64,000 nucleotides of DNA from an uncultured bacterium (GTDB taxonomy: Bacteria > Pseudomonadota > Gammaproteobacteria > Enterobacterales > Pasteurellaceae), in contig CAJMMG010000002.1 of the NCBI GenBank assembly GCA_905214375.1, positions 39,299 to 103,298 on the forward strand. Direction: 5' to 3'. Position 1 is the first letter of the stretch. Every line of letters starts with the position of its first letter. Shown piece after piece: positions 1 to 10,851 of this stretch. A program made the translations under genes and the position numbers. The notes below the pieces were generated by a model, which saw only the letters and a program-made list of their open reading frames with translations, was not told the DNA's origin and did no database searches.

Positions 1-3000
1 AACATTGGTAATTTGTTTATTACCTGCATCAATACCATTTTTAGTCATACTTGGACCATTTTTAATGGTGACGCCATTGCTATCAATCACAGTATCACCC
101 GCAGTGAATTTATTCGCTGTTACGCTTTCCACTTTAAGGTTTTTCTTGATACCAACACGAACATTACCGCTCTTATCAATGTTTGTCATCACATTATCGC
201 CACCATCAAACTCACTCCAGTTTGTGTTGCTATCTGCGCCTTTCACATTGATTTGGCTATTTAATTTCGCACCGTAAACATCGCCTACGTTTGCGCCAAA
301 TTTTAAGCCATCGCTTAATGTTGCGATAGTTTCGCCACCAAAGTTCATACGATTTGGTGTTTTACCATCAAGATTTGGTGCTGCATCTTTACCACTCACC
401 ACTGTAATTGGCGTTGAGTTATCACCTTCGCCAAGATTAATCGTTGTGGTATTCACTGTTTTTGCGGTGACATTTTCAGCTTTCAAGTCTTTTGTGGTTG
501 AAATGGTAAAATTCATACCATCTTGCTTAATTTTGATATTTTGTCCTGCGATATAAGTCACGGTATTACCCGGGCTTACCTTTTGAACAGTTTCACCTTC
601 AGCTTCACCACCGTCTTTATTCACAGTGACATTCCAACCAGAATTATTGATTGCATTCGCAACAGTGGTTGCATTCACTAATTTTGCTCCATCTACAGGT
701 GCATCAATTTTCCCTGTTGAATTAGGTGTTAAATTAGTGGTCGCTACAGCATTATAAAGTTGGCTACCGTTTATCGCATCTTTGCTATCTGCATTCACAT
801 CACCATCTGCTACATTGCTAATTTTATTACCCGCAGCATCAATACCTGCTTTAGTTACACTCGGGCCACCATCAATTTTTAAACCATCATTGTTAATGGT
901 TGTATCACCTGCTTTAACACTATTAACTTTGATATCTTTGTTTAATTTAACTGTAACTTTATCATCAGCTGCTTCAGTGGTGATGTTGTCATCACCATTA
1001 ATCGCGACGGTTGAACCTAATTTTTCCACATTAGTTGAACCGCTATCACCAGTAAAAGTTAAACCTTTGTTAGTGACAATATCGTGAGCATCAACACCTT
1101 TTTTGATATCGTCTTTCGTCTTATCTGACAAATCAATCTCATAATTGGTCACTGTTGTATCACCATCTAAAGCTGGTGTACCTTTTGTTACTTTTAATGC
1201 ATCAGAACCGCTTGTCACACTCGCTGATGTATCAACGGCATCAATTGTATAAATACTTTCACCATTAGGGCCTGTAGTTTCATTAACTTTCGTGTTCTTA
1301 CCTGCTTCCACTTTAGTTTTAGCGGCATTAACAGCTTTATTCAATTGTGAAACATTTACAGCATCAGTATCATCAGTACCAGCAGCTACACCTGTGATTT
1401 TATTGCCAGCGGCATTAATACCTGCTTTAGTTACGCTTGGACCACCATCAATTTTTAAACCATCATTGTTAATGGTTGTATCACCTGCTTTTAGGCCATC
1501 TTTTGTTAAAGCAACATCATCACCAACTTTTACACCATCTTTATTTAAAACGGTATCGCCAGCTTTTACACTATCAACGTTGATGTTTTTAGCCAATTTA
1601 ATTTCTAACTTATCCTTGCCATCTGCCACCACGCCAATGTTACCGTTAGAAAGTTTGCTCTCATCAGTTTCACCACCAACTAATTTAACTGTTTCACCTA
1701 ACTTACGTGTTACATTAGTGCCAGTATCACCAGCAAAGGTTAATGGCATATTACGTACTTTATTAATTGCATCAGCCACATCACCTGCAGTTGCAATATT
1801 ATTTCGGTTGGCTGCTGTTGCATTGCCTGCTGCATCAGTCGTGATATTTGTTGTATTCACATCAAATTTCACAATAGTGCCATTATCCGCATCAGTTACA
1901 TTTACTGTGGTTAAATTACCATCTTTAAAGTTCACAAAACCATTGTTATTGATACGTGATTTAGAAGTACCATTTTGTTGTACGTTAAAGCCACTATAAG
2001 TTAATACGGTATAAAGCTGTGAACCATTAATTGCATCAGTTGAATTAGCAGTAACACGACCCGCACCAACATTTTGAATTTGACGTTCAAAACCCTCTTT
2101 ACCAACAGAAACAGCACCAAGCGAATTATTAGCTAGACCTGCTTTAAACTGTTTATTTTCACTCACGCCATTATCATTTTTAAAAGCGGCTTCATGGGCG
2201 GTTCCACCGAAAACATTGCCACCTGCCACACTATCTTTACCTAGTGCAACTGAATTTTGCACCGTTGCATTAGCTGATGAACCAATCGCTACACCATCAG
2301 CTGCCGAGCCAGCTGCGCCCTTACCGATAGCAATAGATGCTTGTTCTGAAGCATTAGCATTATTACCTATTGCGATACCATAAATGCCACTAACATTTGC
2401 ATTTGCCCCCGTAGCAACGCCTGCATAAGCAGAAGAGGCAGTATGGCCAATGGCCACGCCTAACTCTTTAGCATCTGTATTAGAACCTAGTGCTGTCGAG
2501 TTAGTAACGGCTTTAGCATTTGTACCCACTGCTGTAGCATTACCACCATTAGCATGGGTCGCAAAACCAATCGCTGTAGAATTTGAAAAATTACTGGTTG
2601 CATTATTACCTAATGAAACGCCATTAACTGCGCTTGATTTCGCATCTGGGCCAATTGCAATAGAATTAACTGCCGTTGCACCATTATTATTTTTATTTCC
2701 CTCAACAGTAGAATTAACCGAGAAATAACGAATTTTTTCAATTTCTGCCATCGCAGCATAAAGCTGAGAACCATTGATTGCATCAGTCGAGTTTGCAGAA
2801 ATATCACCTGGTGATAAGTTGATGAGTTGACGTTCATAACCTTTTTTACCAATGGAAACAACGTCCCCCGCGATAGTATCAGCACCACCAGCCCAAGTAT
2901 AAGTTGTCCCTAAAATAGTACGAGTAGTATAGGCAACCCCCGCTTTATCCGTCGCAGAACCACCACCAATCGCAACAGAGTTTGCAAAAGTTGCATTAGC

Positions 3001-3855
3001 TCCTGTACCAACAGCGACAGCATTCGTTTTTTCAGCTGCAGCCAATGAACCTAATGCTAATGAAAGATCCCCAGATTTTGTTTTTGTTCCTAATGATACA
3101 GCAGCCTCACCAGCAATCGTATTCATCCAACGGGGAGTTTGAAGATCCCCTCCAGTTAAATCTTTAAATGCTTGTTGAACCGTTCCCGTTTTATCTTGGC
3201 CATTAGTATTGATATAAGTCGTTTGTGTAGCCGCTGCTTTATCAGTATCATCCCCACCAATCGCAACCGATGCATTACCATAAGAAATAACATTACCGCC
3301 AATCGCAATTGATTGATCGCCTCGAGCCCATGCACCCTCAGTAATAGAATTACCACCAAATGTAGCTGCTTTATCAGCTCTAATGCCAGCTCCAATAGCA
3401 ATAGACTGGTTTACTCGTACAACAGAAGTGCTATCACCAACTTGAGCATTTTGACCGATGAGAATATTACGACTACCCGTTGTTCCACCATAATTTCCTG
3501 TGCCATCACCAATCAGCACACTATTGTCATAACGACCATTTACGCCATAACCAATAGCGGTAGTACTTCCACCGCTTGCTGATGTGGCACTGTTCCCAAC
3601 CGCAATACTAAAAGGATGTACATTTGTAGGCGCATTGCTTCCATCCCCCACAATCACTTTTGCTTGTGCCGGCATCATCACTGCAGATAAAGAAAGTGCA
3701 AATGCTGAAAGTTTGAAAAGAGAAGATAAACGTGTTTCGCTTGTTACACGTTGTTCGGAGTTTGAAGAAGCTTTTACGGCTCCTTTCGCTAATTCTGATG
3801 TGACGACGAAAGATTGTGTCGTTTTGTTCCAAATAATCTTAAATACTTTGTTCAT
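1..3855 (-). CDS. Trimeric autotransporter adhesin (YadA/Hia/EmaA-like), 5' part; at least 1285 aa, runs off the window start
   Basis: Manual translation from ATG 3855 (SD TAGGAG) gives MNKVFKIIWNKTTQSFVVTSELAKG, an extended signal peptide (ESPR) motif, followed by LSAVMMPAQA. Head repeats (xAIG) and neck motifs (STDAINGSQL near 2761-2790 and 2015-2045; DAINGSQL near 757-780) follow, with GIDAGNKQITNV at 1-36. Frame was consistent at all positions spot-checked. It is absent from the ORF track because there is no stop codon in the window. Confidence 0.93.
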   Translation of the reverse strand, partial: MNKVFKIIWNKTTQSFVVTSELAKGAVKASSNSEQRVTSETRLSSLFKLSAFALSLSAVMMPAQAKVIVGDGSNAPTNVHPFSIAVGNSATSASGGSTTAIGYGVNGRYDNSVLIGDGTGNYGGTTGSRNILIGQNAQVGDSTSVVRVNQSIAIGAGIRADKAATFGGNSITEGAWARGDQSIAIGGNVISYGNASVAIGGDDTDKAAATQTTYINTNGQDKTGTVQQAFKDLTGGDLQTPRWMNTIAGEAAVSLGTKTKSGDLSLALGSLAAAEKTNAVAVGTGANATFANSVAIGGGSATDKAGVAYTTRTILGTTYTWAGGADTIAGDVVSIGKKGYERQLINLSPGDISANSTDAINGSQLYAAMAEIEKIRYFSVNSTVEGNKNNNGATAVNSIAIGPDAKSSAVNGVSLGNNATSNFSNSTAIGFATHANGGNATAVGTNAKAVTNSTALGSNTDAKELGVAIGHTASSAYAGVATGANANVSGIYGIAIGNNANASEQASIAIGKGAAGSAADGVAIGSSANATVQNSVALGKDSVAGGNVFGGTAHEAAFKNDNGVSENKQFKAGLANNSLGAVSVGKEGFERQIQNVGAGRVTANSTDAINGSQLYTVLTYSGFNVQQNGTSKSRINNNGFVNFKDGNLTTVNVTDADNGTIVKFDVNTTNITTDAAGNATAANRNNIATAGDVADAINKVRNMPLTFAGDTGTNVTRKLGETVKLVGGETDESKLSNGNIGVVADGKDKLEIKLAKNINVDSVKAGDTVLNKDGVKVGDDVALTKDGLKAGDTTINNDGLKIDGGPSVTKAGINAAGNKITGVAAGTDDTDAVNVSQLNKAVNAAKTKVEAGKNTKVNETTGPNGESIYTIDAVDTSASVTSGSDALKVTKGTPALDGDTTVTNYEIDLSDKTKDDIKKGVDAHDIVTNKGLTFTGDSGSTNVEKLGSTVAINGDDNITTEAADDKVTVKLNKDIKVNSVKAGDTTINNDGLKIDGGPSVTKAGIDAAGNKISNVADGDVNADSKDAINGSQLYNAVATTNLTPNSTGKIDAPVDGAKLVNATTVANAINNSGWNVTVNKDGGEAEGETVQKVSPGNTVTYIAGQNIKIKQDGMNFTISTTKDLKAENVTAKTVNTTTINLGEGDNSTPITVVSGKDAAPNLDGKTPNRMNFGGETIATLSDGLKFGANVGDVYGAKLNSQINVKGADSNTNWSEFDGGDNVMTNIDKSGNVRVGIKKNLKVESVTANKFTAGDTVIDSNGVTIKNGPSMTKNGIDAGNKQITNV
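841..915. repeat. Internal direct repeat in the adhesin, copy 1 (copy 2 at 1417-1491)
   Basis: 75-bp near-identical copies 576 bp (192 codons) apart, both ...ccaccatcaatttttaaaccatcattgttaatggttgtatcacctgcttt. Confidence 0.9.
1417..1491. repeat. Internal direct repeat in the adhesin, copy 2
   Basis: See 841-915. Confidence 0.9.
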
Positions 3856-4181
3856 AAAAAAGTTCTCCTAAGTTAAATAGATTAAGGTATTCATCACATC
3901 CCAACAGTAGGAACAAGCTGGGGAAAAAATAAGGTGTTGGGAGTATAGCTGACTCATCTATAAGATCAAGAAAATGATCGCTTTTTATACCATTTTTCAC
4001 AAGAAATTTACATTTTCTATACAAGGTATCGTTTGCGTAAAAAGAATGCTCATTAAAATTAGGCCAAAATCAGTAATAATGAGCATGGAATCGTCTTTAT
4101 ATAGGTCAAAAACACTGTAAAAGTTGACCGCACTTTTTTCTCTTAATATGTAATTCACCTACCACTTCCCTAATCTCTTTA

Positions 4182-4197
4182 TACCCCTTTAGGAGTA
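4182..4197. promoter_or_regulatory. NarP/NarL 7-2-7 site upstream of nrfA
   Basis: TACCCCT-TT-AGGAGTA matches TACYYMT-nn-AKRRGTA. Confidence 0.8.
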
Positions 4198-4212
4198 TTT
4201 TGATTTTAAAGT

Positions 4213-4226
4213 TTGATCAACCTCAA
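4213..4226. promoter_or_regulatory. FNR site upstream of nrfA
   Basis: TTGAT-CAAC-CTCAA, 1 mismatch to TTGAT-N4-ATCAA; centre 30 bp downstream of the NarP site centre. Confidence 0.75.
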
Positions 4227-4374
4227 AGTTTTGAAAAAAAACCTTAGGAAAACTACTACGTTTTGGTATCTTATGCTTGCGTTGAGCTATTTTTATGAGT
4301 GAATTCAAAAGCTTAATAGGAATTGTTCGCATTTAAAATTGTTTTTTTTATTCTTTCCTAATGGAGTGATTATC

Positions 4375-5898
4375 GTGAACGCATTGAGAAAAAGCCTTAT
4401 CCTGGCGACTTCTTTCGCAGCTTTAGGTGTATATAATTCAGCGATGGCTGAAATGGTATATAAGCCTGTTGACCAACCTGTGGAAGCACCAAACCCTAAT
4501 TTAAAAATCGAAGCAGTGAATGAAAAATTTGCTGAGAAATATCCTAGCCAATTCAATTCGTGGAAAGCGACTGAAAAAGGCGACAAAATCATCTATGCTA
4601 ATGAACAAGATCCTCGTTTAATCGTGTTATGGGGGGGCTATTCTTTCGCAAAAGAATATAACGCACCTCGTGGTCACGTTTATGCAGTAGAAGATGTACG
4701 TAATATTTTACGTACTGGTGCGCCCAAAAATGCAAATGATGGCCCACAACCAATGGCATGTTGGACTTGTAAAGGTCCAGACGTTCCTCGTTTAATTGCA
4801 GAATGGGGTGAAGATGGTTACTTTGGTGCCAAATGGGCTAAAGGTGGACCAGAAATTGTCAACTCGATCGGTTGTGCTGACTGTCACGACACCACATCAA
4901 AAGACTTTGCAGAAGGCAAACCTGCATTACGTATTGCTCGTCCACACGTTCTTCGTGCATTGGATCACTTAAATAATGCACTTCAAGCAAAAGCAAAAGC
5001 TGAAGGTAAAGAACAAGCTAACTTAAGCTTTAACACAGCTGCTCGCACCGAAAAACGTGCTGAAATCTGTGCTAACTGCCACGTTGAATACTACTTCGCA
5101 GGTGATTTAAAACAAGTAACCTTCCCGTGGAACAACGGTCAAACTGTTGATGACATCGAAAAATACTACGATGACATCGGTTTCAGTGACTGGACTCACT
5201 CTCTTTCTAAAGCACCAATGTTAAAAGCTCAACACCCTGACTTTGAAATTTGGTCTTTAGGTATGCACGGTAAAAACGGCGTAACTTGTATCGACTGTCA
5301 CATGCCTAAAGTACAAGGTAAAGACGGTAAAGTTTACACCGACCACCAAATCCAAAACCCATTCGATGCATTTGATACTACTTGTGCAAACTGTCACGAT
5401 CAAAGCAAAGAAAAACTTAAAGATATCGTTGCTTCACGTAAAAAAGAAGTGAAAGATGTAATGGGTCGTTTAGAAGATCAAGTTGTTCGTGCTCACTTTG
5501 AAGCGAAAGCAGCATGGGATGCAGGTGCAACTAAAGAAGAAATGGAACCTGCTTTAATGGATATCCGTCACGCTCAATGGCGTTGGGACTACGCAGCAGC
5601 AAGCCACGGTGGTCACATGCACGCACCTGATGTAATGCTTCGCGTATTAGGTTCTGGTATCGATAAAGCAGCGGATGCACGTGCTAAACTTGCAGCAATC
5701 TTAACTAAACATGGCGTGAAAACTCCGGTTGAAGTACCAGATATTTCTACAGCTGATAAAGCATGGAAAGTAATGGGTATTGATATCGAGAAAGAACGTA
5801 AAGCGAAAAAAGAATTCTTAGAAACTGTTGTACCTCAATGGGTAAAAGAAGCGAAAGCCAATGGCAAATTAGCTGAAGATACCGCAACAAAACAATAA
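4375..5898 (+). CDS. nrfA: Cytochrome c552 nitrite reductase (ammonia-forming)
   Basis: CWTCK Lys-ligated haem motif plus four CxxCH motifs; signal peptide; GTG start at 4375 after GGAG. Confidence 0.97.
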   Translation: MNALRKSLILATSFAALGVYNSAMAEMVYKPVDQPVEAPNPNLKIEAVNEKFAEKYPSQFNSWKATEKGDKIIYANEQDPRLIVLWGGYSFAKEYNAPRGHVYAVEDVRNILRTGAPKNANDGPQPMACWTCKGPDVPRLIAEWGEDGYFGAKWAKGGPEIVNSIGCADCHDTTSKDFAEGKPALRIARPHVLRALDHLNNALQAKAKAEGKEQANLSFNTAARTEKRAEICANCHVEYYFAGDLKQVTFPWNNGQTVDDIEKYYDDIGFSDWTHSLSKAPMLKAQHPDFEIWSLGMHGKNGVTCIDCHMPKVQGKDGKVYTDHQIQNPFDAFDTTCANCHDQSKEKLKDIVASRKKEVKDVMGRLEDQVVRAHFEAKAAWDAGATKEEMEPALMDIRHAQWRWDYAAASHGGHMHAPDVMLRVLGSGIDKAADARAKLAAILTKHGVKTPVEVPDISTADKAWKVMGIDIEKERKAKKEFLETVVPQWVKEAKANGKLAEDTATKQ

Positions 5899-5904
5899 AA
5901 AAAG

Positions 5905-5940
5905 AACCGCACTTTGTAACTAAAGTGTCGAAGTGCGGTC
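5905..5940. repeat. Inverted pair of uptake sequences (stem-loop) between nrfA and nrfB
   Basis: accgcactt...aagtgcggt. Confidence 0.8.
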
Positions 5941-5970
5941 ATTTTTAACCATATATTTGAGGTAATCAGA

Positions 5971-6636
5971 ATGAATTTAACTTCTTTAATCAGCAAATCG
6001 GCAAAATCCCTCGCATTGCTTGCAATGCTTGCGGCAATGCCAATGGCTGCAAGTGCGGAAGAGATGGCAAAAACACCGGCCTCTCAAATCACTTATGAGC
6101 CACAATTGGATAACCAACGTGATCCAAACCAATATTGTGCGAAATGTCACAAATTTGACCAAGTTGATAAAAACCAAACTTTAGATCAATCTGGTGGTGA
6201 ATTACACTTTGGTAAATTCCACGGCACACACTTAAATCAAAAAAGCCCTAACACTGGTAAACCGATTAACTGTGTAAACTGTCACGGTAATATTTCGGAA
6301 GATCACCGTCGTGGTGCAAAAGATGTGATGCGTTTTGATGGCGATATCTTTGGTGATAAAAAACCAATGTATACCGCACAAGAACAAAACCAAGTTTGTT
6401 TTGCTTGTCACCAACCGGCAAAACTTCGTGAAAAACTTTGGGCGCACGATGTTCACGCAATGAAATTGCCTTGTGCAAGCTGCCACACATTACACCCGAA
6501 AGATGATGCGATGAAAGGTATTCAACCGAAAAATCGTGTGAAACTTTGTGTAGATTGCCACGGCGAACAACAAAAACGCAAAGCGGCAAAAGACGCACAA
6601 TCACAAACGCAATCAACCGAACAAAAGGATAAATAA
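5971..6636 (+). CDS. nrfB: Pentahaem cytochrome c NrfB
   Basis: Five CxxCH motifs, signal peptide, operon position. Confidence 0.95.
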   Translation: MNLTSLISKSAKSLALLAMLAAMPMAASAEEMAKTPASQITYEPQLDNQRDPNQYCAKCHKFDQVDKNQTLDQSGGELHFGKFHGTHLNQKSPNTGKPINCVNCHGNISEDHRRGAKDVMRFDGDIFGDKKPMYTAQEQNQVCFACHQPAKLREKLWAHDVHAMKLPCASCHTLHPKDDAMKGIQPKNRVKLCVDCHGEQQKRKAAKDAQSQTQSTEQKDK

Positions 6637-7313
6637 TGACAGCTTGTTCACGCCGAAACTTTGTTTCCGGCATGGGGGCATTAATCCTTATGACGGGGAC
6701 ATCAGTTACCTCTTTAGCGAAAGAGGAAAAGGCGGATAAACCGAAACGCTATGCAATGGTACACGACGAAACAGCTTGTATCGGCTGTACCGCTTGTATG
6801 GATGCTTGTCGTGAAACAAACCACGTTCCTGAAGGCGTTTCACGTTTGGAAATTCTCCGTAGTGAACCTTACGGCGAATTCCCAAATCAAGAATACGAGT
6901 TTTTCCGTCAATCTTGCCAACACTGTACAAACGCCCCTTGTGTGGCAGTTTGTCCAACTGGTGCATCATTTATTGATCCTGAAACAGGTATCGTAGATGT
7001 GCATAAAGATCTTTGTGTAGGTTGCCAATACTGTGTTGCAGTTTGTCCTTACCGCGTACGTTTTATTCACCCAGTACACCGTACTGCGGATAAATGTAAC
7101 TTCTGTCGCGATACAAACTTAGCAGCTGGCAAACAACCTGCTTGTGTAGAAGCTTGTCCAACCAAAGCATTAACCTTTGGTGATATGAATGATCCAAGCA
7201 GTGCAGTTTCCCGCAAAGTGAAAGAAAATCCGGTTTATCGCACTAAAGTGGAATTAGGTACTCAACCAAATCTTTACCATATTCCATTCCAACACGGGGA
7301 GCCAAGAAGATGA
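6636..7313 (+). CDS. nrfC: Fe-S protein NrfC
   Basis: Tat motif SRRNFV; multiple ferredoxin-type Cys clusters. Confidence 0.95.
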   Translation: MTACSRRNFVSGMGALILMTGTSVTSLAKEEKADKPKRYAMVHDETACIGCTACMDACRETNHVPEGVSRLEILRSEPYGEFPNQEYEFFRQSCQHCTNAPCVAVCPTGASFIDPETGIVDVHKDLCVGCQYCVAVCPYRVRFIHPVHRTADKCNFCRDTNLAAGKQPACVEACPTKALTFGDMNDPSSAVSRKVKENPVYRTKVELGTQPNLYHIPFQHGEPRR

Positions 7314-8275
7314 CATTAGATTATCCTGTTCCGTTTCACACACCTAACTTGGTATGGGATTCAACAATCGCTATCTATTTGTTCTTACTTGGTATTTCTT
7401 CCGGTGCGGTACAATTAGCGATTGCTTATAAACGCAGTAACAAATTAGAAAATCCAAGCAAAAACTGGATTATCCGAGCAGCCGCCGTTTTAGGTTCTGT
7501 GCCAACATTAATTGGTTTAACCCTGTTAATTTTCCACTTGGCACGTCCTTGGACATTCTGGAAATTGATGTTTAACTATCAATTCAACTCTGTAATGTCT
7601 ATGGGGGTAATGTTATTCCAAGTTTATATGCTGTTCTTGGTATGTTGGTGTGCGGTTATCTTTAAAGAAGATATCATGGCACTGATCCAACGTTTTATGC
7701 CAAAACTTGGCTTTGTCGGTAAAATTATCAATGTATTAGAACGTTTAACTGGTCCTGTAGAAGTTATTCTCTTCATCTTAGCCGCTGTGCTAGGGGCTTA
7801 TACCGGTTTCTTACTTTCAGCATTGATCAGTTACCCAATGTTAAATAACCCTGTTCTACCAGCGTTATTCTTGGCTTCAGGTACCTCTTCAGGTATCGCT
7901 GCAACCTTCTTATTTATCCTCATTGCAGGTAAATTAAAAGGTGATAGCCATGAATCACACTTCATTCACAAATTTGAAGTGCCAATTATGGTGACTGAAC
8001 TTGGTTTATTAATCTGTTTCTTTGTTGGTCTACACTTCGGTGGCGGTCAGAAAGTAGTTGCATTGCACAATGCACTTTCCGGCTTCTGGGGTGCAGTGTT
8101 CTGGATTGGGGTATTCTTAATTGGTATCATCATTCCTCTACTTGCGAACCTTGCAGCAAAAGACAGTTTAAAATACAACAAGAACTTTATTATCCTTGTG
8201 TCAATCTTCGACTTAATCGGGGTTCTCTGCTTACGTTACTTCATCTTGTATGCTGGACAACTTACCGTTGCGTAA
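7310..8275 (+). CDS. nrfD: Quinol-oxidising membrane subunit NrfD
   Basis: Polytopic NrfD/PsrC family sequence; operon position. Confidence 0.95.
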   Translation: MTLDYPVPFHTPNLVWDSTIAIYLFLLGISSGAVQLAIAYKRSNKLENPSKNWIIRAAAVLGSVPTLIGLTLLIFHLARPWTFWKLMFNYQFNSVMSMGVMLFQVYMLFLVCWCAVIFKEDIMALIQRFMPKLGFVGKIINVLERLTGPVEVILFILAAVLGAYTGFLLSALISYPMLNNPVLPALFLASGTSSGIAATFLFILIAGKLKGDSHESHFIHKFEVPIMVTELGLLICFFVGLHFGGGQKVVALHNALSGFWGAVFWIGVFLIGIIIPLLANLAAKDSLKYNKNFIILVSIFDLIGVLCLRYFILYAGQLTVA

Positions 8276-8296
8276 GGATAAATTTCTTATTTAATC

Positions 8297-8321
8297 AAAA
8301 GGCGTATACAATACGCCTTTT
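8297..8321 (+). terminator. Intrinsic terminator after nrfD
   Basis: aaaaggcgtat-aca-atacgcctttt. Confidence 0.8.
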
Positions 8322-8422
8322 GTTTATTTAGAAGACTAAAGTGCGGTTAATTTTACGTATGTTTTTCATGCTTAAAATCAACCTTATTTTGTCAAATACA
8401 ACCATTAATACTGAAGAATACT

Positions 8423-10327
8423 ATGCTCCCCGAATTCGGATTTCTCTCATTACTCTTCGCCACCACCGCGGCGCTCTTACTTTCCATCGTGCCGCAAATT
8501 GGTATTTGGCGAAATAAACCCACTCTAACCAATACAGCTTGGGGATTAAGTTATTGCTTCGGTATTTTTACAAGCGTATCCATCGGTATTCTCGCCTACT
8601 CTTTTGCGACAGATGATTTCACATTGGAATACGTCGCGGCGCATTCTAATTCTCAACTACCGACATTTTTCAAAGTTGCCGCTACTTGGGGTGGACATGA
8701 AGGCTCCATTTTATTTTGGCTTTTCACATTAAGTCTTTGGTTAGTGGCTTTTGCCTTTTTCTCTCGCAAAAATGACCGCACTTTTTCTGCGCAAACCCTC
8801 TCTTTACTCGGCTTAATTTGCCTTGGGTTTGCTATTTTCATTTTGTTCTACTCCAATCCATTTGGACGAGCATTCCCCGCCCCTGCGGAAGGGCGAGATC
8901 TCAACCCAATGCTGCAAGATATCGGCTTAATTTTCCACCCACCGCTTTTATATGTCGGTTATGTGGGCTTTGCCGTTAACTTTGCCATGTCCATTTCAGC
9001 TTTAATCTTTAATCGTTCTGCACAAGCAATTGCGCGTGCAATGCGAGCTTGGGTTCTCGTTTCTTGGTTATTCTTAACCTTAGGGATCGTTCTCGGTGCA
9101 TGGTGGGCATATTATGAATTAGGCTGGGGAGGCTGGTGGTTCTGGGACCCTGTAGAAAACGCCTCGCTTATGCCATGGTTATTGGGACTCGCACTTTTAC
9201 ACAGTTTGATGGTGACTGAAAAGCAAGGCATGTTTAGATACTGGACAACACTCTTTTCCCTACTCGCTTTTGCATTCAGTGTATTAGGCACATTTATTGT
9301 TCGTTCAGGTGCATTAACCTCCGTTCACGCCTTTGCTTTAGATAGCTCCCGTGGTTATGTGCTATTACTCATTTTCTTCTTACTGACTGTCGGCTCGCTC
9401 AGTTTATTTGCGCTACGCACAAATACCAACGAAAGTGCGGTCAAATTTCCACTCTTTTCTAAAACTGGGGCGATTTTAGGTTTAAACATCGTATTGACCG
9501 TGGCCACCGTCAGTACCTTCTTAGGCACTTTCTATCCAATGCTATTCCAAGCTATGAATTGGGGAAGTATTTCTGTGGGGGCGCCTTACTTTAATAGTAT
9601 TTTCTTGCCATTACTCACGTTAGTGCTTTTTGCGATGGCGGCTACACTTTGCTTAAACTGGTTTAAATCAGACAAAAAACGCTTTTTCAAACGTCTGTTA
9701 TTACTTATTCCCGCTGCAGTGATGGCTTATGGCATGATTTGGAATGCGCAGCAAAATGACAGTGCGTTACGTTTCCATTTCTTCGCTTATGTGTTACTCA
9801 CTCTCGCAATTTGGGTATTATTCGTCACCTTATGGCAAAATTGGGCGAAAGTCAGACTGGCCTATTTCGGGATGATTCTCGCACACTGCGGTGTCGCGAT
9901 TGCCACAATGGGTGCCGTAATGAGTAGTTACTTTGGCAGTGAATTAGGTGTTAGACTTGCGCCACAACAAAGCCAACAATTAGGTCAATTTGAATTCCAC
10001 TACGATCGTTTTTCCAATGAAATTGGACCAAACTTTACTGCCGAAGTCGCTTTCTTTAGCGTGTCAAAACAAGGCAAACCTTATGCTGAAATTGTACCGG
10101 AACGCCGCTATTATGATGTTCGCACCATGACCATGAGTGAAGTGGGCTTAGATGCAGGCTTTTGGGGCGATTTATATATTGTTATGGGCGATAACTTAGG
10201 TAAAGGTGAATTCACATTCCGTTTACATTACAAACCGCTTATTCGCTGGTTATGGCTCGGAGGCATTTTAATGGCACTTGGCGCATTATGTTCAGCCATC
10301 AATTTGAAGAGAAAACGCGATGAATAA
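8423..10327 (+). CDS. nrfE: Haem lyase, CcmF/NrfE family
   Basis: [12 protein letters not shown] (WWD) motif; downstream of nrfD. Confidence 0.93.
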   Translation: MLPEFGFLSLLFATTAALLLSIVPQIGIWRNKPTLTNTAWGLSYCFGIFTSVSIGILAYSFATDDFTLEYVAAHSNSQLPTFFKVAATWGGHEGSILFWLFTLSLWLVAFAFFSRKNDRTFSAQTLSLLGLICLGFAIFILFYSNPFGRAFPAPAEGRDLNPMLQDIGLIFHPPLLYVGYVGFAVNFAMSISALIFNRSAQAIARAMRAWVLVSWLFLTLGIVLGAWWAYYELGWGGWWFWDPVENASLMPWLLGLALLHSLMVTEKQGMFRYWTTLFSLLAFAFSVLGTFIVRSGALTSVHAFALDSSRGYVLLLIFFLLTVGSLSLFALRTNTNESAVKFPLFSKTGAILGLNIVLTVATVSTFLGTFYPMLFQAMNWGSISVGAPYFNSIFLPLLTLVLFAMAATLCLNWFKSDKKRFFKRLLLLIPAAVMAYGMIWNAQQNDSALRFHFFAYVLLTLAIWVLFVTLWQNWAKVRLAYFGMILAHCGVAIATMGAVMSSYFGSELGVRLAPQQSQQLGQFEFHYDRFSNEIGPNFTAEVAFFSVSKQGKPYAEIVPERRYYDVRTMTMSEVGLDAGFWGDLYIVMGDNLGKGEFTFRLHYKPLIRWLWLGGILMALGALCSAINLKRKRDE

Positions 10328-10850
10328 AAAGTTTATTTTGTTTTTACCGCTGATTTTGTTATTGAGTATTTGCTTACTGCTTTTTGTTGGTTTACATAAA
10401 GATCCAAAACAAATTGCCTCAGCACTCATTAATAAGCCCGTGCCAGAATTCTATCAAGCGAATTTGCTTGAGCCGAATCAAATTGTCAGCCCGAGAGATT
10501 TTCCAAAGAAACCTTTCCTACTTAACGTGTGGGGAAGTTGGTGTGGCTATTGCCAACAGGAACACCCTCTTTTGATGGAAATTTCAAAAGAAGTGCCCAT
10601 TGTGGGAATCGATTATCGTGACAAACCTCAAAATGGCATTGCGATGCTAGAGCACATGGGTAATCCATTTATACTCACCATTGACGATAGTCGTGGTGAA
10701 TTTGCGATGCAATTAGGCGTAGATGGTGCACCAGAGACCTATATTGTCGATGAACACGGCATGATCCGTTATCGTCATTCTGGCTATATGGATCGTGAAA
10801 CGTGGCTTACCGAAATCAAACCAAAACTTGATGAATTAACAAAAAAGTAA
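10320..10850 (+). CDS. dsbE: DsbE/CcmG-family thiol:disulfide interchange protein (NrfX)
   Basis: WCGYC, GAPETY, N-terminal membrane anchor. Confidence 0.9.
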   Translation: MNKKFILFLPLILLLSICLLLFVGLHKDPKQIASALINKPVPEFYQANLLEPNQIVSPRDFPKKPFLLNVWGSWCGYCQQEHPLLMEISKEVPIVGIDYRDKPQNGIAMLEHMGNPFILTIDDSRGEFAMQLGVDGAPETYIVDEHGMIRYRHSGYMDRETWLTEIKPKLDELTKK

Positions 10851-10851
10851 A

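Noticed and set aside
5..3871. Plus-strand ORFs of 80-235 aa over the adhesin
   Set aside because: Antisense shadows caused by the repetitive codon usage of the minus-strand adhesin.
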